Shown here: piece after piece, positions 51,548 to 64,000 of the stretch
Numbering within the stretch: the first letter of the stretch is position 1
Layout of the letters: each line of letters opens with the position of its first letter
Origin: Octopus bimaculoides
Lineage: Eukaryota
NCBI RefSeq assembly: GCF_001194135.2
Contig: NC_068981.1
Span: 173,769,644-173,833,643 of the forward strand
DNA: 64,000 bases
Direction: 5' to 3'
Position numbers and translations under genes: made by a program
The notes under the pieces: generated by a model
What the model was told of the DNA's origin: nothing
The model's input: the letters and a program-made list of their open reading frames with translations, nothing else
Databases searched by the model: none

Positions 51548-52081
51548 NNNNNNNNNNNNNNNNNNNNNNNNNNNNNNNNNNNNNNNNNNNNNNNNNNNNN
51601 NNNNNNNNNNNNNNNNNNNNNNNNNNNNNNNNNNNNNNNNNNNNNNNNNNNNNNNNNNNNNNNNNNNNNNNNNNNNNNNNNNNNNNNNNNNNNNNNNNNN
51701 NNNNNNNNNNNNNNNNNNNNNNNNNNNNNNNNNNNNNNNNNNNNNNNNNNNNNNNNNNNNNNNNNNNNNNNNNNNNNNNNNNNNNNNNNNNNNNNNNNNN
51801 NNNNNNNNNNNNNNNNNNNNNNNNNNNNNNNNNNNNNNNNNNNNNNNNNNNNNNNNNNNNNNNNNNNNNNNNNNNNNNNNNNNNNNNNNNNNNNNNNNNN
51901 NNNNNNNNNNNNNNNNNNNNNNNNNNNNNNNNNNNNNNNNNNNNNNNNNNNNNNNNNNNNNNNNNNNNNNNNNNNNNNNNNNNNNNNNNNNNNNNNNNNN
52001 NNNNNNNNNNNNNNNNNNNNNNNNNNNNNNNNNNNNNNNNNNNNNNNNNNNNNNNNNNNNNNNNNNNNNNNNNNNNNNNNN

Positions 52082-53909
52082 CTTTTTTTTTCGTCTATTC
52101 ACACGGTTCCTTGCACGCACAACACTCGTGCTACATGCTTCCATCTCTTTTGGAACGTACACTCCGACAGACATTGCCTCTCCAGCCACACTTTCCTTTT
52201 CAAATAAAAAGTAAAAAATGATCGTAAATTGTGGCCAGAGATAAAGTTGCCTGTCTTGATTCCTTTTATCCTAGTCTTCCATACTGCCTCTTTCGCTATT
52301 GCTACAACCATGAGAAAACAATTCTTACTTTCGTTTGTTAAAACTCCCGGTGGGTCAATTTTTATAATTGACTCAGCCGACAGCTGTACTCTTCCTTCGC
52401 CGGACAACAGGTGTTCAGCATTAGCTTACATTTCAGATATCTCCGGACACTGAACAATAGCGTGAGGGACGGTTTCCCTGTCTCCCTCGTATCTTGGATA
52501 GGTCGGCGACTGACGCTTACCGTGTTTTGCGAGCTTATCCCAAACGGGCAAGGCACCTCTATAGCATTGCCAGGTTAAGGACTTTTGAAAGTTGTCCAAC
52601 GTTCTCAACCCGAATGTACGGTGAAACAGGCTGTCCAGTTGAATAAACCCGAGACCTAGAGTCGCCCCCAGGCCATCGTCGCATTCAGACTCTACCAACC
52701 CACTATATAAAATCCGTGTGGAACACCCACCGCTGGCGTTGCCCGAGCGCCGGAATAGCAAGAGGGCCTTACGACACTCTTTATGCCATTCAATCAACCT
52801 CGGTCTACGAGAACACCAGGCTTCCTGTTCGCAAAAACTTTTGAACTCGGGGAACATTTGTCTGGCCAGCGGAGACCACACCCGTTCACTATCCAGGAGA
52901 ATCCAGAGATGCCTCAATCTCAACGCATTCCTGCGCATCATTAACCAAGGCATCCCTGAACCTCCATTTAAAGGCTTTTGACAGCAGACAGAGCGTTTCA
53001 CAAGTGGCGACCTGCCCTTCCACAAAAAGCGAAAGAGCTGTCTCTCCAACCTGATCAACCACGAATCCGGACAGGGCACGACGGTCAGACGGTAGGTAAT
53101 GACCGATGCGATAAACACATTGGCCACCTCCGTCCTCCCTTTCCGGGATGGCCACCGCCAAGACCAGGTCTTGACTTCTCAATACCTCCGTCCAGTTCGT
53201 CTCTATCTGGAGGCCTGGTCCAAACCAAACTCCCAGCAACTTAACCGGTCCCTCCGTCCAGCGCCCAACAACGCTGTCTGAAGGCATCGACTTGCCAACC
53301 CAGGTGCCGAGCTGCAAGCCGATCGACTTTTCCCGGTTAATCATTGCTCCTGCCACCTCCTCGTAAGCCTTAATAGTCTTACCCACTTCACGTAGGCGTG
53401 GTAGTGAGGTTACGCTGATAGTGATATCATCCGCGTAAGTCGTAAAAAACTCCTCTAGACCTGGTTCTCTCGGAATGCCACTCAACCTTCGCAGTAGGGG
53501 CTCGAGATCCACCACATACAAAAGCGGTGAGAGCGGACATCCTTGACGAACCGAGCGTCTGATGCAGAACGGCTTCGAAAGGAAACCGTTCACCCGAACT
53601 ATCGAGTCAATGTTGTGGTACAAAGCGATAAACCACCCGAGGAAGCCAAGGCCCAGGCCGTACAGCGCAAACACAGTCGCCAGGTATCGATGGTCAACCC
53701 TATCAAAAGCTTTAGACTAGTCCAAATGTACCAATGCCCCACCTTCGCCAGATTTATTACCAACCCTCTCTATGGTATAGCAGATAAGATGAAGGGTATC
53801 CTGAATGGTTCTGCCTGGGTTGGCTCATGTCTGTGCCTCCCCGACTATACCATTCGCGACACGCGCCAACCTTTTCGCTAAGACCTTCGCCAAAATCTTC
53901 ACCTCTGCA
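52082..53909 (-). mobile_element. 5'-truncated L1/Tx1-type LINE (RT plus C-terminal CCHC-like region), GC-rich
   Basis: KILAKV..; GRTIQDTLHL; LD*SKAFDRVDH; SVRQGCPLSPLLY; YADDIT; RFLWKG..GG.GMP; ETVPHAIVQCP; poly-A tail (t-run at 52083-52091). Few frameshifts. Confidence 0.92.
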
Positions 53910-56895
53910 ACAGGATTATGAAGATAGAATAGAGAGAAAGCAGCTTTATTGAAGTGCTTGGCTATTTAAAAGAACTTGTTGCAGTTATAAAGGAAAGAAT
54001 TAATGAAAAGTTTATTCCTCTCAGCGTGAAGGATTACCTTAATAATGACGGTGTCAAATCTGAAGAGAAAAATAAATTTCTACTTGAAGTGGATACTACT
54101 ACGACACTTGCCATAACTATCTTGAGAGATAGGTTTTGTGTTTTGAAAATTTTGATAGCTTTACATGGATGTTATTAGATATAGTTACAGCATGGGAACA
54201 TGTAGAATCGTCTTGTCTAGTATTAAAAAACAACAACAAAGGTATAAAAATTGACGATAACATTCTTTTCTGTCAGTGGTCAACATTTTAAAACTCCTTG
54301 CTAAAGAGATGCAGATCAAATCTGATGAATGGAAGATCAAACTGTGCTATGAAAGACGGTTTTCTATCCTTCAGCAGATTAAATTTCAAGAACAATACTC
54401 CGAGTTGTTAATTTTGTGCAAGTCCTTATTTAGCATACCAGCGCGTAATGCTAATGTTGAGCGTGTCTTCTCGATGATGAATGTTCAGCGAACTGAAGAA
54501 CAAAATAAGTTCGGTATGGCTATTGTAGAAGCTATCTTATAATGCACATAGAACCTTAACTGTCAATGTAAAGAATTTTATCGGTATGTGTTAGAAAACA
54601 AGGACCTGTTAACAAAACCCAAAACATCAGTGAAATAGAACTAAAGATAAAGGTTCGAGTTTAATTCTCGTGCGGTCTGTTAAGAAAATTTTGCATAGAA
54701 GTTTATCAGTTTCATTTCTTTTCATGTTCTCCAGTTGAAACAACTTTTTAGTCTATATTCTGTACTTGCATTAAATGATAATTTTCTAAATTATTTCCTT
54801 TGCATCTTTTTATTGTCTTTATTAAATATGAATTTTGCAATGATTTCAGTTTCTCATTATTTCTTTTAGTTACCTATATTGCCTGTATTAAATAATAATA
54901 TTCAAATGCTTTCACACTATTTTTTTCTATATTGTCTCTATTCGTCATTAAATAAAACAAGTTTACAATGATTTCGTTTTAACAGATTGTTTTGCTTATT
55001 TCTCTGTTATCTGAATTTCAAATTATTTCACTTTAACAGAAATTATTTTTTTAGCTTGTATTAAATAATTTTGAAATGATTTTACTTTTGTTTTTCTCAT
55101 AACCCATTAAAATAATTGCTTTGTTTTTAACTTATGTCTCTACTTTTATCTGATATATTGTTCTGGGTGTGTAGGCATGTATAAATTTATATATATACAG
55201 GGAGATTTGAAGAGTGTCCCATATATCTAATTTTCTAGTCTTGCAACCCTATTCATATAGGAAGTTAAAGCACTCACAAAGAGCCTTTATCGATCAATAT
55301 GATATAGTACCAAGTGATAAAGATGGTTGGTTTAATCGACTATACCCGTCCCTTAAATGTGAAGCTTCTTGCATATAACAGAAATCAATGATACAAATCT
55401 TTAGAAGTTTATCAGATGAATCTTAAGTCGGAAGCCGTCAAATTGCGAGAGACTTTGCAAAGCAAGATCTACTCGAGCTGTTATAGCTATTATTGCTGCT
55501 TAATATAGCATCGGTAGCTTTGTGTATAAATCCGAGGAGCCAGGCCTCACCAGAGATACACACAAAAACTTCACGCGAAAACTGTAATGAAACCATTGAA
55601 CAGATTTGCATAAAATATCTTGCAAGCAACTCTTGTCAAATAACCAAAAGCTCTTTCTTTTGCTTTCTTTCTCTCACCTGCTTTTTCTGTTTCATTACTC
55701 ACTTTCTTTTCTTCTGTTGTTTGACAACTGTTTACTGCAATGCCTATCCATTTTTTTGTCAAAGAAGACATTCCACCTAAACTCATGTAAATCGTTAACT
55801 TGAGAAACCGCCATATCGAATCAATTAATGTCTCCTTTATGGCATTCATCTATCAAAGCCCTTACCAGTTTTCAGTTTTTTTTTAGCCGCCAGTTTCAAT
55901 TAATGTCAATAGTTTTTTTTTTTTTTTTTTAAGGCATGACCTTCATACAAACAAACTCCATTTATATTTCTACACATGCGCTTTATGTAGACGCTTGATT
56001 CAACCCATTCTTCAAATATTCGTAATTACGTCTGACTATTGAGCAGACCTAATCAAACGTCCTCAAGTCGTGAACTTTCCTTCTTTTTAAGGGTATTTAT
56101 GAAATATGTCCTTTTACAAGATAGTAGGGGTAATTTGAGGAAGATAGGGCTGTTATTTCTAACAAGTCTAGCGGTCACATCGAAGCCCAAGTTTAATTAT
56201 TATTATTTTTTAAATTAAAAGTATGCAAGCCACATGCAGTTTTTAAATGGAAATTAAGAAGTAAATTTCCAGGTTGATTTCAGTCGTTTCCCGACTCCTA
56301 ACCTCTTCACGTAGAAAAAAAAAAGTGGGGGTACTTATTCAAAAGAAACTGAATATTTAAGTTGTCATTGCAAGTTCCCAAATAAACTATAATTTAAGAT
56401 TTAGTAATTTCTTTTTGGAGGATGGGAGTCAAAGAAAACAATACGAAGTGGTAACATTTTAAAAACAGTAATCGATACATTTCGAAATAAATCTCATAAT
56501 ATAATTGTGAACCAATATAAATCAGTTTTTAAGAATACGAAACAAATATTTACATAAAACAGATTTGGATAATTCCAATAAAGATATTTAGAAATTCTTA
56601 GACAAATAGAATTTATATTAATTGATGACGTTTGTGTTGCAAATCAGTTGAAGCTTTCAATAAAAACAGTTTTCTGGGTGATCTGTAATATTGGAAATCG
56701 AACCTGACTGTTTTCAAATTTCCTTAGTTTCGAACATTGTCACAGCTTATGAAAATGCCCAACGATTCATCAAAGAATATTAATTTTATTTTATCTCTTT
56801 AATCGGAAAGGCAACTTAACATGACATCATTATAAACTTCATTTGTTTTCATAATAAATATTGCACGGCTCTATATTATATATAACATAAGTGCA

Positions 56896-56963
56896 ATGGC
56901 GGACATGCAATCCGCTCTCTTAGAGATTGAGACTTTAAATCAAGAACACCAAGCAAGTAAAAA
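56896..56963 (+). CDS. PRPF4B: Probable PRP4 kinase coding exon 1 (MADMQSALLEIETLNQEHQASK)
   Basis: gcaATGG start context, 68 nt, AA|GTAAGC donor in phase 2, matching the phase-2 acceptor at 60354; lies in unique, CpG-containing sequence. Confidence 0.72.
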
Positions 56964-58379
56964 GTAAGCAAATTCTATATCTTTAATTGGTTATATAAAA
57001 TTGCTGAATAATTCTGTTCTATAAAAAGCACAGAGAAAAGTTTCAATTTATTGATTTTATTGCTCTTTTGACCCTGCGTGTGTTACTTTGGTGACAAGAG
57101 AGTTCGTGTTTTCTTTCTTATTTCCTTCACGAAATGAACTAAACGCTGCAGTGTTAATGTTATTTTAACTAATTACGGTCTATGTTATGTTTTACCCAAT
57201 ATTACAAGTAGTTATAAATGACTCCTCTTCTAAGACCTTTTTTTTTTTACGAAGGTTTTTTTTTTGTTAGATACCGTGGTTTTTAATCCGAGACAAAAAT
57301 TCCAATATGACTTTCTGCGTATTTATTCTTGTTACAAAATGAACGAAAGGGAAAATGATTGAGTGTTTTCATTTGCTTAATGGCATCTATGTATTGATTC
57401 GAAATCTGTAGATCATTTGCATATAAAAATTAAGATTGAAATAAAAATAAATCCATAAATTTACAATCATTACCAATGACCGGTTACTGTTTGTTTATAT
57501 TCCCATATCGTTTTACGAAAAGCTTCCTTGAATAAATACTTTTGTTAAAAGCCAGTGCTTCGAAGTTACGAATACTATTTTGTTTCATTTTGAGAAGCAT
57601 GTGTATTTTATTATATCTCGTGGCTTTAATTAGCTCTTTGCTTTGTCGCCAAATAATAAAGTTTGCACACAGTCTCTTAGTGTTTATTTCTTAAGTTTCT
57701 GATTTCGGAAACTGGTATTGATTTCAGACATTGAATATAACCTCGTATTGTTGGAGGGTTGAATATAATCTGTGTATGTTCGATAGATTATTCAATTCCT
57801 GTTACGTTAATATCATTACACGACCCAAAAGCATACTGGATAGTTGAATGTTGATCCCTTCGTATTGACTATATTTCATTAATCACACCCACGAATTAAC
57901 CCCTCTTTATCTCTTAAAGACTAATTAATCAACTGTCGAAGTCTACTAATATTTTCGACTATATCTAGACAAGTTCCAATATCGAAAGGATGGTGAATTG
58001 ACAGAATCGTTAGATATACAGTATTTAATATAATCCTTTAACGTTCTGAGTTCAAATCTAACCGAAGTCAGCTTTTGCCTTTCATTCTCTGGAGGTTGAT
58101 AAAATAAAAAAATACAAGTCCAACATAATCGACTATACCTATCCTTCATATTTGAGGCCGAAATCTGAAATTAATATCCATTGGGAGCTCAATACTCATT
58201 TCCTGACACGTTTCTATCAATATATTTACTCTCTATCAATGTAACCACTCTAAGTTGTTGCTTTTTTTTTTTCTTATTGGTTTGGTCTGGGGAAAGCGAC
58301 TGTTCCTATTAAAGACATCAACGTGGTTGATATTTTTCTTGAACAGCTGCAAGTTGAAGTTGTAAGAAAAACATTTGCA

Positions 58380-60080
58380 AAGAGGGAATTCTACAGGGTG
58401 GCCCTGGCTTGGGTGACTGGGCATAGTGATGCGAGTGGCTGGGTACATGTGACATGTGAGTCTGGGTAGGCCTGAATGAAGGCGGCATAAGAGGATAGAT
58501 GCTTCTGAAGTAACAGTATAATAGAAAGAGTGAAGAGAGGATACATCTGTGGACTTGAGATGTATGTCTTCATGCTAATCAGCCAGGTGGCCCATTGTTT
58601 TGGTTGGGAGGAAGAGCCTGTGCCCATGCTCTTTACTGGCTCTCCAAGACTGGTGAGGTTTCTGCAGGTGATATTTCTCTTGAATAGTTACTAGTTGATA
58701 GCTGCAGGAAGGGAATAGGAGAGAGTTTACAATATAGGGAGAGAAAATTCAGTGTAAGAGTTGGTCAAGGGTGGTGGTGGTGTGTGTGTTGGGAGTGTGA
58801 AATTAGTCAACTCCAAGGAGCAGTAACCACTATAGTAGCATTAGAGAAGACAGCACATTTGTGAACTAGAGACTTAGGTGGGTTTGTGAGAAACATCATT
58901 GAGTGGCTTTCTTTGGATATGGTCTTAGCTGTTTGTGTGGATCAGTAGCACTTGGTGAGCAATTTTGCATTTTGGATCTCACTTAGGTTTTAAAGACAAT
59001 TAGTAGTTATGGAGGAGGACTGATGCATTTTCTGATCTTCTGAAGAGAAAAGTCAATATCTGTGATGCTGTTTTGAATATAATTGAAGATGTATTCTTTG
59101 CTAGGGGAGATCCTCAGTGATGATGAGGCCTAGTGTTTGTAATAACTGTGAGTTCTAGTTGCATATTGTTCATGATGGTGAGTTGGGTATGGTAATGATT
59201 TTTTTTTATGTACAGTAGTTATGTCTTTGTGTTGTTGAAGAAGATAAAATTTGTCTGTCTTCACTAGATATTTCTGTGGTCTCTGTTTATTGAGTAGGTG
59301 CATATTTGGTGTGAAGTGTTGTTGATTAACTCAAAGTCAGTCAAGCCTATGATTAAAAGCAATCCTGCTGTATCCATTTTGTATATCTAGGACTACATGT
59401 CTCTACTTTGCCAAGACTTTAGGGTGTAATTTGAGGGGATTTGGTTATTATTTTCTAGCAGGTGAGTGACCATGTAGTAGTCCCCATATCTAGGTTGCAT
59501 GTGTCTGATGGATGTGAAGTTTTCGAGGAATGAAGGGTGGTATCATCTGTGTAGGATTGGGCTTTGTTGGAGGTGGCAACAAGATGTTTAAAAAGAAAAG
59601 TGTAGGGAGACAAATAAACCCTGCGGTGTATGAATTGATAGAGTGTAGTGGGGTTCGGAGAGAACTTCATTAACACATATTTCAGATGTGTGATCTAACA
59701 AACAACCACTAATCCAAGAGACAGGAGACAGATGGATCCGTTAAGTAGACATTTCCATCTCTGCCAGATTTGTTTGTCTGATACAGAAACAGTTGAAAAC
59801 TTCACTGATATCAAGGACAACAACAGTTTTCATTATATTTCTTGAAGAGTGAGATCCCACTAACAGTAATTAAGGTGGGAGAGAGAAATTCAAGGTGAGG
59901 GAGATGGTTGTTGTCAATGCCTGTGTTTCATTGTCCTTGAATTGTTGGGAGTGAGTATGATAGGGCAATAAGTTGCAGTGAGAAGAATTAGCTCTTCTTG
60001 GGAATAGGACACACTACAGATTGTTTACCAAAGACCTAAGCTATCTGTATATGTGATAGCAGTGCCATCCCAGATGTTAG
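58380..60080 (-). mobile_element. Highly degenerate LINE (endonuclease-RT remnant) in PRPF4B intron 1
   Basis: Residual LSP.TFLF..L..SYTDDTTL RT-like motif at 59500-59620; pervasive stops; CpG-depleted. Confidence 0.6.
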
Positions 60081-60353
60081 AGAAATATTTTATTGTGAGT
60101 ATCATTTGAACAAAAAATGTGTCTCAAGACTATAATTTCAATTTATTTCAGTTAGAATTTCAGTATGTATTTTTCCCATCTTTTTTTAAAGGTAATTTTA
60201 TTAATTTTGCGGCACAATTAGCTTCATCTTGCATATGTACACAACTTGGGAATCACTTTGTCAATTTATTCTGCTGTGACTTTAGTTATTGTATATATTT
60301 TGCTTCTTTGTGTTTCTGGTTACTTTTAATTTTGTCATTTTTCTCTATTACAG

Positions 60354-61457
60354 GGGTGAAAGTTCATGTAGTGAAGATGGAATGGAGAAGGAGGTACATA
60401 GTCGAAGAGACAAGAAGAAACACAAGCACAAACATAAACATAAGCACAAACATAGCAATGATCGAAAACGGCACAAACATAAGCGTAAAAAGCACAGGTC
60501 AGAGAAATACCAAACTTCAAAGGATGACAGTGACCAGAAAGGGCGATTAGAAGATAATGACCTAGCTAAGCTGGAAGCAGCCAGAGATGCTATCCGTGCC
60601 CATTTAAATGGGGAGAAAAATGCACAGATAATGAATGCTATGGCACTTATAGCTCAGGGTTATGGGTCAGATTCTGAGGAAGAAGCTGAAGAAGGTGAGA
60701 TTGAAAGTCAGAAAGTGAAGCTATCTCCTGAGCAGTCTGATCCCCATTCAAAAGAAGATGACTACCATCCTTCCCATCATCATCATCATCATCACCACCA
60801 TCACCACCACCATTCCCATAGTCATGGTAGTGAAAGTAATTCTCAAAAGACTGAATCTGTTTATAAAAAAAATGACAGTTCTTACTATAGAGAAGGCTCT
60901 TATTACAACAAAAATAATCAAGCAGAAGATTCACACCAGAGGGAGAGAGAACCTTCTGATAATAGCAACTATGCGAGAAACTATGATTATGAATATTACT
61001 CTTCTCCAATGCATGCATCTGCACATGAGTTAGATGTAACATCACAGCGAGAATGTGACACCAGAATTGTCATTGACCACAGTGAAGATAATGTTACTTA
61101 TTTTGCAAACAGAAAGAGCACAGGGCAGACATCACAGTCATCATCTCATAAATCTAAAGGGGATAAATTAGTTTCTTCAGTAAGTACACCAATGCGAGAA
61201 GACTCAGTGGAGAGATACTTAGAACAATTTTTACAGCAGAGTCGGAGATCAACAAGTCATTCTCCACATACAACATTTCCTAAGTCAAAAGAGAAACAGT
61301 CCTCTGAGAAAATCTCTGAAAGGGAATCTTTGCGCCATGAGAGAAGTAGTAAAAAGTATTCTGATGGAGATCGGAATGTGGTCTGGATTGATTCAGAAAC
61401 AAATAACTCTCATTATCGATCAGAACATGACCAACACAAGCATTCTTCTCCTCCAAG
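60354..61457 (+). CDS. PRPF4B: PRP4 kinase (PRPF4B-like) N-terminal exon: KH repeats, acidic patch, poly-His; gene continues beyond the window
   Basis: KKKHKHKHKHKHKH..RKRHKHKRKKH and DLAKLEAARDAIRAHL..MALIAQGYGSDSEEE.EEGEI parallel the recalled human PRPF4B DLALLEDLEKQRALIKAEL..MGLILQGYESGSEEEGEI; ttacag acceptor and AG|GTAAGT donor. The kinase domain is not in the window. Confidence 0.85.
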
Positions 61458-61684
61458 GTAAGTATTTTTATTATTTTGTTGGTTTTATTAATTAATTTTT
61501 TTTATTAACTTCTTTTTTTTCTCATTCAAAAACATAACTTGAATATCTTTTATTGTTCTCTACTTTAAAAATATCTGAGTTTTCAGCTAACAGTTCCTTT
61601 CAAGCTACAATACTTGTTTTATGTACATCATCATCACACCTACTTTTCCATGCTTGCATGGATCAAACAAAACTTGTTGAGGCA

Positions 61685-61890
61685 GATTTTCTTATTTCTT
61701 TATTGCCCACAAGGGGCAATAAAGAAAGAGGGGACAAACAAGGACAGACAAAGGGATTAAGTCGATTACATCGACTCTGAAAGGATGAAAGGCAAAGTTG
61801 ACCTCGGTGGAATTTGAACTCAGAACGTAACGGCAGACGAAATACCGCTAAGCATTTCGCCCGGTATGCTAGCGTTTCTGCCAGCTCACC
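61685..61890 (-). mobile_element. SINE family B in PRPF4B intron 2
   Basis: gaaaggatgaaaggcaaagttgacctcggtggaatttgaactcagaacgtaacggcagacgaaataccgctaagcatttcgcccgg matches 51420-51510. Confidence 0.85.
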
Positions 61891-64000
61891 ACCTTAATGC
61901 AGATTTTCTGCCAGCTCGCCGCCATTGAGGCAGATTTTCTATGGATGGGTACCCCTCCTGTTGCCAACCCTCACCTGTTTCCAAACTAAATAATATTTCC
62001 CATGGTCAGACATGGAAGACTGGAAGCAAACAACATTGCTTGTATGACAGTGATTTACTTGTTTACAACTATCATATGATATGAAGACAAAGGTACACAC
62101 AAGCCACGTCTGTGCCTACCATGTTCTATTAATTCCTTTATTACTCTTGCTGTTAAAAATACAATGAACCTGTGATGCTTTTCTTCACTGATTGCTATAT
62201 AAAATGTAAAAAGTAAAACTAATTCTCTACACCTCACTGAATAGTGAGTTTCACTTTCTCAATATGTATGAAACAGCATAATTATTTTCCTTCTAGCATG
62301 ATGAAATTCAATGAAAAATATAATGAAATAAATGGTATTGAATGAGATTTTTGGTGATTTGCTGTGCTTGAGAAGACATGTCAAGCCAAGTGAAATCATA
62401 GTTGTGGCCTGTGCTGGTGACATGTAAAGGGTATCCACTACACTCTTGGAGTGGTTGGCATTAGAAAGGACATCCAGCTGTAAAAATCAAACCAAATCAG
62501 ACTGAAGCCTGGTACAACTCTCCAGTTTACCAGTCCCAGTCAAACTGTCTAACCCATGCCAGCTTGGAAAACAGACACTAAATGATAATGAGAATGTGAA
62601 CACTTCAAACCATAAACACAAGTGGCAGTTGAATTCAGTACTGCAAGTAAATTAAGCGGTCACCAATTTTACAGTCATTTCTACATCACTCTTAAAGTAG
62701 TGAACTCTACACATCACATTATAGTAGTATCTACTCTTACTAGGCCACTAGATGTTAAGTGTGTCGATCATGGATATAGTGGTCTTATTGATTATATTAT
62801 TTGAACGACTAATCCTTCAGTTATTGATTTGACCAGCTTTGACTCTTTTCTATAGATGAATTTCCAAAATTATTTTAGTTTCATTGAAGTATCATTTTTA
62901 ATACAGCAAACTGCTGTTGTTTATCTCAAGGTCAGCCCTGATTGAGTAGTCCTATGGTCAAAGATATTCCAGCCATCTTTTATCCATACGTAATATAGCT
63001 AGGACTGCATTATCTAACATGAGCATTTCTATTAAAACGCTAGGGTATAATTTAAAAAAGATTTTGCTGTTATTTCTAGCAAGTCAAATGACCACATATA
63101 AGCTCTCTTGTTGACGTATGATATAGCAGGGGCTGGCATACTGAAACGGTGAAGGTTCTGGGAGGTCTTTATCATCATATGTTCATTTCGCCGTGTTGGT
63201 ATGGGCTGGACAGGTCATTATAGGTCAGTTATTGAAGTTACTGCCTTCCTAGAGGAGTCAAGGCCCTCCCCTCATACGTACATTTCATTTTTGGTATTGT
63301 TTCTACATCTTGAGGCCTTTCAATTACTAACCACTTTACTGAATGTAATAGATGCACCAGCACTAGAGAGGTTGTCTTGTCTCCAGCAAAACTGAAGAGT
63401 AACCCTTTATGTTGTCTCTGTTTTTATTCATTCATCATTCTTCCTTGCATTGCCTCTGTTCATTCATTCCTTTCTTTCCCACCCGAAAGGATAGGAAGAG
63501 AGCTACAGCTAGAGGGGGATAGTGTGTCAAAAGGGAGAGTGAGTGATCGGCAGTTGTATGATAGTTGATAGTAAGGAAATTGAATAGAAGCAACATAACC
63601 AAGCAGTTGATAAAAGAGAGAAATGGAAGTTAGAGAATCAGAGCAAGAGAGTGATAGAGAGGAGAGAGTAATAGAAAAAAGGTGATAAGCTGTTATGTTG
63701 TAGATACAGTTGTTGCTAATTGTAAATTATATCAGAAGTATAAGTTTAGTATATTCATCTGCACTTAGATTTACTCATCCCCTCATTACTAGTTCAGTAG
63801 CTTGGTTTTTCTTTCCCCTGTCTCTTAATATATTAGCTGATCTTTGCACGGATATAGTGCATATTCTTTTATACCTAGAAACTTTCTCTCTGTCTAGATT
63901 TTTGTATTTTCATTAGACTTCCTATTTTAGTTATCTATCTCCTACATATTCTTGTCATTATTACATCTACTTTTCAGTGTTGGCATGGGTTGGAGAGAGC

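Larger units (their letters stand above)
50540..55250 (+). mobile_element. Internally deleted hAT DNA transposon remnant hosting nested insertions
   Basis: N-terminus MPKRKCKFRDAYSSEWTFIK at about 50867; C-terminal dimerisation motif LFSIPARNANVERVFSMM at 54420-54480; right end tcttgcaacccta (55238-55250); tgtccc subterminal motifs at both sides. Left TIR not found. Confidence 0.65.

Noticed and set aside
60647-61045. Antisense and alternative-frame ORFs over the PRPF4B exon
   Set aside because: By-products of low-complexity CAT/CAC and GAA codon runs in the real frame.

Overview
AT-rich eukaryotic genomic DNA from a gapped draft assembly (N runs at 926-1637, 8095-8104, 20694-21357, 25798-25908, 47117-47330, 51548-52081). 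The repeat landscape (tRNA-derived SINEs with (TG)n cores, RTE LINE tails ending in (GAT)n) looks like an octopus genome; this is inference from recalled repeat motifs, not a database match. Two host genes could be reconstructed by hand from GT-AG splice sites and reading-frame phases. (1) A complete PMS2 mismatch-repair endonuclease gene on the minus strand: 21 coding exons, 49029 to 13768, 2550 nt = 849 aa plus stop, with intact GHKL ATPase and [17 protein letters not shown] motifs. (2) The first two coding exons of a divergently transcribed PRP4 kinase gene (PRPF4B-like; 56896-56963 and 60354-61457, plus strand). A third, intact plus-strand coding exon (8822-9560) encodes a herpesvirus tegument deubiquitinase-like domain (peptidase C76/VTD type) whose catalytic Cys and His appear replaced by Asn and Phe; this is the most unusual item. 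The remainder is transposon-derived: a decayed Ty3/Gypsy element, RTE LINEs carrying a PHD-like finger, an L1/Tx1-type LINE nested in a hAT remnant, mariner fragments, several MITEs, a Helentron-like element, many SINEs, a 278-bp foldback and a 40-bp telomere-repeat palindrome. No rRNA, tRNA gene or CRISPR array was seen.
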